Positions 54,245-64,000 of a DNA stretch of 64,000 nt are shown in pieces. The DNA lies in contig OZ024740.1 of the NCBI GenBank assembly GCA_964016885.1, forward strand, positions 181,412,001 through 181,476,000, written 5' to 3'. Position 1 is the first letter of the stretch. Every line of letters begins with the position of its first letter. The stretch is from Eledone cirrhosa (taxonomy: Eukaryota). The notes below the pieces were generated by a model. It saw only the letters and a program-made list of their open reading frames with translations, had not been told where the DNA came from and searched no databases. A program made the translations under genes and the position numbers.

Positions 54245-55434
54245 GTGGTAACAGATTATTGTTATAGGTAGTCCACTTAAGTGTAGTCCAGTTGTGGTAC
54301 TCCGTGTAGTGGATGATATCGACGCTTGGCTAAGTTTGACTCAACAAGGCGTTTCCTAGTGATGTTGCGAGTACGCTGTAATTCCTATGTTGTAAACACT
54401 TGGAGTAATGATAAATCAGGAAAAAAGAGTGACACGGTTTGCTATACAAAAAAGGTTTTTAATCTCATTGCTTACAATTGTTTCTCTGAACTGGTAGGTC
54501 TAGAGATCGCTACCCGCTTATTTTCACGTTATTCGATCACCAATACAAAGTTATAAACAGTCAATTCATCGGATCTTTTGAGAATGAAAAGAATATACAG
54601 GCATGGCTACTATATATTGTAGTAATGGCATTCAATCAGAACAATAACAATAATACTAACAATGCTAGCAATAAATTATTTGAAATAATCACAACATCAA
54701 TCTAGGTGGGAAGTATAGTATATCTACGATTTTAGCGTGTAAAACTAGCTGACATGAGGCAGATGTATAAAATTGACATGTAAAAGCTGTCATGGGGTGT
54801 ATTATATCTAGTGTAAAGATAAGCCGGTGGCTTTAAACAATGTAGGTCTGGTGGTCGTAAGTATCATTTATTATCTGACAGATGAAGAAGTTATCACTGT
54901 AGTGAGGATAGTAATATTTGTGTGGTCTATATTAGATGAAAGGCTTGTCTAGCTTTCTCATCATCAATAACATACATGTATAAGACAACATTAACAGAGT
55001 AGCAATACAATGGGCAAGTTAATACAGAGGTTAAGGAAGCAATATATATATATATATATATATATACATACATACACACAAACATATATATATACATACA
55101 CACATATACATACATATAAAGAGAAAACATGCTGGCTATAATTATAACAGGAGGAAGGTAAAGTTCTGTTGTAGTAGTATTTTGAAATGTTCTTGGATTT
55201 AATTATAACCGATTATAACCGATTATAACCGATAAATAATTATAACCGATTTTCTATGGTTGCGCTATCTCTTGAACGATGGATTTTAAGCAGATTCGCA
55301 GAGCACATCACTTGCTAAACAAGTGCAATGCCTAATTATATAACTATGCACGCACACACACACGCACATACGCACACACATATATAATCATGCATGCACA
55401 CACACACGCACACACATATACACACACACACGCA

Positions 55435-55479
<45 letters not shown>

Positions 55480-55489
55480 TCACACACAT

Positions 55490-55523
<34 letters not shown>

Positions 55524-56492
55524 TGAAAATTAAATTTACGGGCAAAAGATGGCAATATCCACCTTCAATTGTCTGCTAGGAATCATAGGTATTTCTCCGC
55601 GTTATAGACAAGATACGTCAGCCTAGGGCGAACAATAACTAAAATAAGTTATTTGGATAAAAAAAGTGTGGAGAGAGAGAAAAAATGTGAACAGACACGA
55701 AGGGTGAAGCAACGAAAAGAGGAAAAATCAAGTCAACAACTCATTTCGAACGTAAGTTCTGGCGGGTTTGACGAGGAAAAAAAGAAACGTCATCATTGTA
55801 GCGGTGTGAGCAAGAGAAGAGACTGCTTACAGTGGCGGACGAGGGAGAAGTGAGCTAGCGGAGAATATATATATATACAAACATACATATATATAGACGT
55901 GTGTATGTGTGTGAGTGTGTGTGTATGTATGTGTGTGTGTGTGTATGTGTGTGTCTGTGCGTGTGTGTGTGCTCTTGTGTGTACTGTTCGTTAGATAATA
56001 GCAGCAAACAAAATGTTCAAAATGTTGATATATATATGCGATGTTTCCTTCATTATGAATTTGATTGGTGAATTCAATTATTTTTTTCTTTCTTTATTTC
56101 TTTCTTCCTTATTGCATTCATTTTTCTCTCTATAAATATCTGTGTATAGTACATGTTTATACTGTAAAAAAGGCGACACGATTCTTGAAAACAAAACGAA
56201 AATCACTCAACAGAAACATAATTTAAGCATGTTGTGAATTTAATGTTAGATAACATTTATAAACGTCATTGTTAATTTACATACTGTTACGTATACATTT
56301 TGTAATCCAAGAAAAATTCAAAATGACTAATTTTAAAATAAACTAACAACGCTCTGTTATTCTCTCTTTCTCATTCACTCATCTGCATTCATTTCCACAC
56401 TTACACACACACACACAGTCTCTGTATATATTGTAACAAGCATAGGCTTTAGCTTATATACAAATATATGTGGGTATATATATATATATATA

Positions 56493-56632
<140 letters not shown>

Positions 56633-56821
56633 GGTTTGTTGGTTTACCACTGGATAGAACTGGTCATTCCGTATTGTCAATCGTGATGCAATATTTGGAA
56701 AAGCACTCGATGTTATGCAACTCATCCATCATCGTTTATGGTGATTCTTGTTGCTGGTCTGAGAACGGAGTTAATTATTGTTGAATAAAATGACAGGAGG
56801 CTGGACTGCTGAGATGCCTTC

Positions 56822-56884
56822 AAACACTATGCACATTTCAGTGACAAGGTTCCGTAGGATCCTGGTGACATCATCAGCTGTTTA
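56822..56884 (-). ncRNA. Hammerhead ribozyme motif in a Penelope-like inverted repeat (partner arm ~58194-58250)
   Basis: AAACAG CTGATGA stem II GAAA TGTGCA TA|GTGTTT. 56871-56926 is inverted at 58194-58250. Confidence 0.65.
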
Positions 56885-57249
56885 TTGTATAACAGTTATA
56901 TAATAAAGGAATAATGGTAAACACAATCCGATACGATGCTGCCACCCACTGTTATATGGAGACATGCTAGTCGTAAAGGAGATCAGGTTACATAGATCAA
57001 ATAATCATTTGTTATATGTTGGATGATCGGCTGGCTGTGGCGGCCTTCCTGCTTTCACCCGCAGCGCCTGAATCTGTCCACCTTCCTGGATTGTTTGGAA
57101 ACATAACTTTCCCTCGCTTTCTGAAGATGAAAATACTCGGAACGGTTGGTACGCCCTTCAAGTTAGTTTTATTCTATTTTATTTTTTTTTTCGTTTTGTT
57201 TACACTATTCTATATTTAGAATCATTAACATAACTAGCATTTATAATTA

Positions 57250-57433
57250 ATTGTTTCTACTTTTGGCACAAGGCCAGCAATTACCCCAGTGCATTGCTGG
57301 TATTTTATTTTATCGACCTTGTAAGGGTGAAAGGCAAAATGAACCTCGACGGGATTTTAACTGAGAGTATAAAGGGGCGTAACTCTATGCTGCAATGGAT
57401 GGCGTTCGACCTTCTACCGATACTGCCAATCCA
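57250..57433 (-). mobile_element. SINE S1
   Basis: Colinear with 12039-12219. Confidence 0.87.
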
Positions 57434-59056
57434 TAATAACTGACTGTCATACGTTGCTTTACCAGCCAACTGCACTGACTCTTCAAGCCACGTGGGGTAG
57501 GAGCCCGTGAGCGTTTCCTGGTGTGCTTGAATATAATGCAAATTTCCCTTTTTCCCGATATGAGGTTTTACTCGGAGGTGTTCTTGGATTCATTGACCCG
57601 CGGTGAATGTGAAGCTATTATTTCACTGGTCAACGAAAGACTAGCAACACTTATTCTTCTCCACCATAATCACACAGTCATAGAACGTAACTATCAGAGA
57701 TATATTTAATTTTTGCACAAATGCTTCCTTCCCTAATTCTTTAATTAAATTTAAAACTTAAATTTTACATTTTTAATCTTTAGTCTTAACTTAAAACTTC
57801 ATTATGACTATCAAAGATATATTTAATTCCTTGGTTAAATCTTTCAATTTTAAACCTACATTTTACATTTTTAATCTTTAATCTTATTTTCAATTATACC
57901 TTAAATATATAAAATTGAAATTTAAATTCCACATTTTTAATCTTTAATCGTAATTTCAAATTCTACCTTAAAACCTTTTGGCATCTAGTTCTGACTGTAC
58001 ATCCGTCCATTATATTTTTTAGATCAAACACTACCGGCAGGGTACTATGGACAATAAGCATAGGGCCTCCTGACCAAACGACAATATGAAATTAAGTAGA
58101 TTCCTCTCTTGGATGCCGTCATCCAGACTAGCAACAGCTGGCCGTGACCGCCTTCAAGTCCTAAACATTTCTCACCACTTTTTAGCCTCTTGTATTGTGT
58201 TTACCATTATTCCTTTATTATATAACGTTTATGCAATAGATTCCTGATGACTGGCTTGGCATCCTTAGGTCGGAATGCTTTCTCATCCCTTCCTCTTTGT
58301 TTTTCAGGCATTTATAGAAGCCCGCCGCTATGAAGGAATTTAACTATGTACACAACCTCCCAGATCATTGACCACTCCCCGCGACATACAAGAAAACAAC
58401 AAAGTTTTATTCTTTTTTGTCCAGATATGTTTGCTTTTATTGCATTGATTGCATGCCCATATATGGACTGAACCCCTTGATAAGTTAAGCAAGATTCCCG
58501 CCGTTCTTATACTGGTGGCTCAGTTCGGATGTAACTGTCGAAACGGCCGGAGCTCAGCCGTCGGGGTCTTGATTCTTTTCCTATATATATATATATCCCA
58601 AATTTCGAAATTATCTAGCACGACGTATTAGAAAGCAGTAATGCGAGACACGGTCTTACAATGATGTAACATTTCATTCGTAATTTGTATGTATTCGAAT
58701 ATTAGTATTTCAAATGTATATATTCATACATACAGAGGCGTAACTAGGATATGAAAGCACATTAAGTGCCATGGGCGCCACTTGTCTAGGAGCCATTTGT
58801 ATTAAAGTCAGAGAGAGGGATTGTCCTCATGCATTGCCAAGTACATGCCTGTGCTTGAAGCTTTCTTAAGTGAGGAAAGACTTTGCGCGGGGCCAATATC
58901 ACTCTCTGAACATCGAATGCATTTCTCGAAAGCGAAGAATTGGTAACATTGATGGATGAAAACGGAGCCTCAGGTTTTGTATGAGAGTGACTTTCTCCTA
59001 GAGAAATGTTTAATGAGGACTAGAAGTCTCTCGCTCCACAAAAATAGAAACTTTAT

Positions 59057-59246
59057 TGGATGACCGTTGACTCTCAGGACTTCCGCCGCCCTTTAACGGG
59101 TTTTATTTTTCAACCAGCAAGGTTTCCAAATTCACTCTTCTCACCAAGCAAACTTACTGGGTTTGCCGGTTTAATCACCGACGACCCGACCATGAACAGG
59201 TTGTACTAGGTTACATGTTACAAGTAGCGCCGAAGAGCGACCTGAC
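59057..59246 (-). repeat. Copy of the 32777-32988 interspersed repeat
   Basis: Shared GTCAGGTC..GTAACATGTA..AGTACAACCTGT..CATGGTCGGGT..GAGTCAA.GG.CATCCAA. Confidence 0.7.
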
Positions 59247-59920
59247 ATACATACAAACATCATACATATATACATACATATATAGATACACACATCCATA
59301 CATATTTCCATACATATGCATGGCCACTGTCTAATGCTTACAGATAACACTTCACATATGTTCCCCATTACTAAGGTAATAACCCTTTTATATAACTAAC
59401 AGTGCTCTTTCAGTATATACATGATTTTGAAGTTGTTTTCGTTGCAGTTATTGTGTCGACAATGAGTGTGTGTGTTTATGTATGAATAAATACATTTATA
59501 CGAATAGGTATGTAAAATGTATATCTATATATGTGTCCGAATATGTGTACGTGTGTTCGTCTGTGTATAAGTGTGTGTATATGTATACATCACTGTTAAG
59601 CCATTTTTACGTAGGTATTTAATTGTACATTTGGGGTTCTTTCATGATATATATTTTTTTCTATATTTAAACGCTTTCTATTTCTGAAGTAATTCTTGTT
59701 GCTTTTGCTTTTATTTTTCGCATTCTTACTTCATATATTTATGCCAATTTGCACTGACAGAACATTTTTTCATTCTGACAATATGATTGCTCAAATGTTA
59801 TCATACGTTATTATTGTCAAATGAAATCTTTATTCATTTGCTTACACACTCACACACACACATACATATATACACACACTGACACAACCTCACATGCACA
59901 GACACACATACACACACACG

Positions 59921-59953
<33 letters not shown>

Positions 59954-59986
59954 TTATATATATATTTATAAATATATATATGTATG

Positions 59987-60089
<103 letters not shown>

Positions 60090-60659
60090 AAATGAGAGGA
60101 ATCTAACCGCATAAAAAGACTATAATAACAGTCGATCAATATTGATATTAGCTGAGAAAATCGGATAAAATACATCTAGAGACACCAAAGTCAGCCAGGG
60201 CTATCCAACCCGAAATTACTTACATGCCGTGGGATGCGTTACTTTTCAGTTAAGGGGTACCTTACCCTTCTTTCCACCTCTTTTAATATGCATTATATAG
60301 TTTGTGCCAAGAGTATAGCTGAGATATAAAGAAAGTTTGTATACTACTGAAACACTGAGATTTGAAATTTGAAAAGGTGAGTATCGTAAATGCAGTGTAC
60401 TACCTGTAATAACATTTAAGCACTCTTTCACTCTCTATTTCTCTCTATAATCTCTCTCTCTCTCTTTCTCTTTTTCGCCCACCTCTTTCCAGCATAACAT
60501 ATGATTTACACATGTACAAGTGTTTGATATAATAGACATAAAATGTGTTGTTATTAATATTGCAAATGTTTCATAGCTTCAGTATCTAAGTGTGAAAGAT
60601 AACATCTTTATGTGATTTCTAGGGAAGAGGTAGAAAATGTATTGTTATGTTCCCAGACC

Positions 60660-60870
60660 TCATTCGCTTACCGAGCCAATTGGAACTCGTCATCGGATTG
60701 AGGAACCAATATTTCCAATGGTCTGTCCATCTACCGGTCGCAACTCTTGGTAGAAAGTGTAACGTGAAATAAAGTGGCTTGCTCAAAGATATAACACTTC
60801 GCTCGATCCGGGAATCGAACTCGCAACCTCAAAATTGTGATTCCAATGCTTTAATTTATTTAGCCATGGG
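60660..60870 (-). mobile_element. SINE S2, diverged
   Basis: Matches 48395-48600 (TCGGTCGCAACTC..GTGAAATAAAGTG.CTTGCTCAA..GATCGAACT). Confidence 0.7.
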
Positions 60871-61199
60871 TCTTCATGTGATCTTCATGTAAATAATTGT
60901 TAAGTCTGCTAGAAATAGAAGCCAATTGTTTCCTGAAAACCTCAAGATGAGATAGGAAAGATGTATTTTGAAATAAAATTCTAGTTGTACATTCCCTCGG
61001 AAAAAAGCCGAATGATCCGGAATGGAGCACATTTCCTCACATGTCTTACCGTGCAGTGATAAACCACAGAATTATCTACTGCGATATGCCATGTGGAAGG
61101 CAACTAATAGAACTATTCTCTTTCTGTATGTCTCTTTCTGCCTGACAGTCTCTCTTATCCCCCCCCCATCTCTCTCCCTCTCTCTCCCCCCCCTCTCTC

Positions 61200-61257
<58 letters not shown>

Positions 61258-62335
61258 TCCCTGCTCTTTCTTTCACCGCCAAGGATATTGTATATAGTTA
61301 GTAGTTGTACATCGAATGTACATGTAATATCACAGTCAGAAATCTAACATTAATTGAAAACACTGCACCCTCAGTTTACAACCGACTTTTATACTGTAGC
61401 GTTCCTGTAATTTACAGATCACCTAGTCAATCTAAATTTTTACTACACAAGAATAAAGATAATATATGTAAAAATTAACAAAACAAAGAAAGTATTCCTA
61501 TATCAATGAAAGAAATCGCCAGATTTAGTAATTAATGAAATAATCATCTCAGGTTTTAATTAGACAAGTTCTCTCATAATGAACGAACAAGGATTCATCG
61601 TCTATTGTAGTACAATTGAAGAGAAACTCCCGACATGTCATTATCAGAAACAAGTATACAGATAAAATAGAGTTTAATTTCTGTGTTCATTAGATGTTAA
61701 ATTAGTGACTGAGGCTGATAGATTTTTATGGCACATTAACTAACTCACCTGATTGTTGCAGAATTAAAAGTCTCAGTAAAATATATATGTACACATACAT
61801 GTATGTGTCTCTTTTTGTATGGATATATGTATGTATGTTTGTATGTAAGTATGCATACCTGTAAATATCAATCTATATATGTATATATGCGTTTTGTCTT
61901 CCTTTTTTCCTTTGTTTCATTCGTGAGACTCTCGTTTGTAGGTGTTGGTGAGGCATGTCTGTGTGCATGTGAATCTATGCACTGGAGCCGGGGATAGATA
62001 TCGACCTTAAAGCAAAGAAACCACGAGAATCTCCAGCAGTTGACTGTTGAGGTGGGACTCTCATATTCTTCGTCTGTTTTATCCGTTGTATACACCCACC
62101 TCTTTTGATTCATTTTCTGTCAGCTTAGACACAAGGACACTTTTTTAAAATTGATATGTATTCAAAATTCGCACCACCTGCGTTGTCTGTCCTCTACTCT
62201 TTTTCAGTTTCTCACTTACATTCTCTATTCGTTGTGTCTGTCCATACAGAACTTAGTCCAAAAGATAAATTCACCATTCGCTTATGTTCTCTATTCTCTC
62301 CTTTCCTTTTCTCAAATAATCTATCAGTCTCTGTT

Positions 62336-62384
<49 letters not shown>

Positions 62385-62850
62385 CTCTATATCTATCTAC
62401 TCCTATGTTATGTCTGTTTATATACGCCTTACATCTAAACGATCATATTTCATGTTAAGGTTTGTATACTCTATGTCTCTTCTACGTTCTCTGTTCTCTC
62501 CTCTGATCTTCCCCCTCACTTTCTCTTCCCCGCTCTCTCTCGCATTCTCTCTCTATCTTTCTCTCTCTCTCTCAGTTCCTTCCGTGTTGTGTCTATCTAT
62601 GTCGAGCTTACTTACGTAGAATCATTTTTTTTATTGCTTGGTCTTCTGTGCATAATTTCTCTTCTTGGCTAATAAATCGGGCTTTATTTCTATCCCTTCT
62701 TTCCAGTTGCATCACAATGGTATACCGAAACCATGAGGGACTTCAGCGATTGACTGACATATAAGCCTGTCTTGCTTTTCATCCGTTTTTCCGTTGTCTT
62801 CTTCCAACATTTTTATTCATTTAGTACTGTCCTAGCCACATTGGATACAA

Positions 62851-62921
62851 TCTGGCCATTTCCGCAGTAATGCCTTTGCCATATTCTCCGTAGAGCGTGA
62901 CCTGGATACCACTCAGACTGG
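62851..62921. repeat. ~70-bp direct repeat, second copy at 63929-63999
   Basis: TCTGGCCATTTCCGCAGTAATGCCTTTGCCATATTC..GTAGAGCGTG..GGATACCACTCAGAC. Confidence 0.85.
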
Positions 62922-62953
62922 GGGTGTAATGTCTGTCCCTCCCTATCTCCCTT

Positions 62954-63008
<55 letters not shown>

Positions 63009-63101
63009 GCATGTAAGTATGTATATAGTTATGTATGTATGTATGTATTGAATATCACTCTATTGATTTGTTGAACATTAGTTCAAAGAAATTCCATTAT
63101 C

Positions 63102-63142
<41 letters not shown>

Positions 63143-64000
63143 AGGTCTTTATCTGCGTGCCGTTCTATTAAGAAGTCATTGCAGTACTGTATGAGTATTC
63201 GTATTAGTATAGCAAACGTCTGAACTAACCAAGTAGAAAACAAACAGGCAATTAATTCCATTTATAACAGTCTTCTCGTATTCATTGTTTTAAATTCAGA
63301 TATGGCAGTAAAAATGATAGATCACTGGAAACATTAACAACAATATAGTCGAATGAATATTAACAGACAATTAAATTTAGGCTAAATTACAGATTGCGCT
63401 ATTCATTTGTTTAAAAACATAACTAAACGAAGGTTTTTTATAGATTTTATGTGAATTTACACATGTTTTATTTTGTTTTGTTTCGTGATGGTCATTGTTT
63501 TTTTTTGTTTTTTCTTGTTTTTTATATTTTTTTCTTTTCGTCTGGAAACGTAAAATTGATGATAATCTATTTTGTCATCAATAATACATGGTGTTTTAAT
63601 TCTTTACAGAACATAAATAAATATATATGTTATAAGTGGCAATAGATACAAGATCGAGACGTAAGAACTTGTACACTTTATTTTCAGATTTTCCACAACT
63701 CACAAGAACACAAAGAAACAAATAAACCACATTTACAACAAAAAGGACATTGGAAAATATTCGTTCTAAATACGAGAGCCTGACCGACAGCTTCCTCTTC
63801 GTAACGGTCTCCATCAAGACGTCTGGCATCTATGGTCCCCACACTGCTGATTTCGGAAAGACGAAAAGACGGTGGCCCGCTTGAAGATGGAGCCCAGTGA
63901 GGTGGGGAGGCAGTTGCAGCGGGTATCTCTGGCCATTTCCGCAGTAATGCCTTTGCCATATTCACTGTAGAGCGTGGCCGGGATACCACTCAGACAGGGA

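Noticed and set aside
63684-63989. 101-aa minus-strand ORF as a host gene
   Set aside because: No recognisable domain, and all plus-strand frames after the acceptor-like site stop quickly.

Overview
AT-rich, microsatellite-dense eukaryotic DNA with no supportable host gene. The SINE, Penelope and RTE content suggests an invertebrate, possibly an octopus-like cephalopod (inference). Bases 1-19.5 kb are a head-to-tail, minus-strand stack of four Tx1/L1-clade non-LTR retrotransposons from three families. Each has a zinc-knuckle ORF1 and an APE-RT-CCHC ORF2, and one ORF2 is intact (1139 aa). The copies are joined through (ATT)n tracts rather than poly(A), and decay increases from left to right. 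All families share non-coding signals: a 5' UTR hairpin and a perfect AG|GTAAGT splice-donor motif over the ORF1 stop, 37-39 nt before the ORF2 ATG. The remaining 44 kb is a graveyard of Penelope-like elements (RT/GIY-YIG remnants, inverted pseudo-LTRs, foldbacks) carrying about 15 hammerhead ribozyme motifs. It includes a non-coding 476-bp tandem repeat with one minimal hammerhead per unit (retrozyme-like). It also holds tRNA-derived SINEs and RTE, R4-like and mariner fragments. Boundaries were read by eye and may be off by a few bases.
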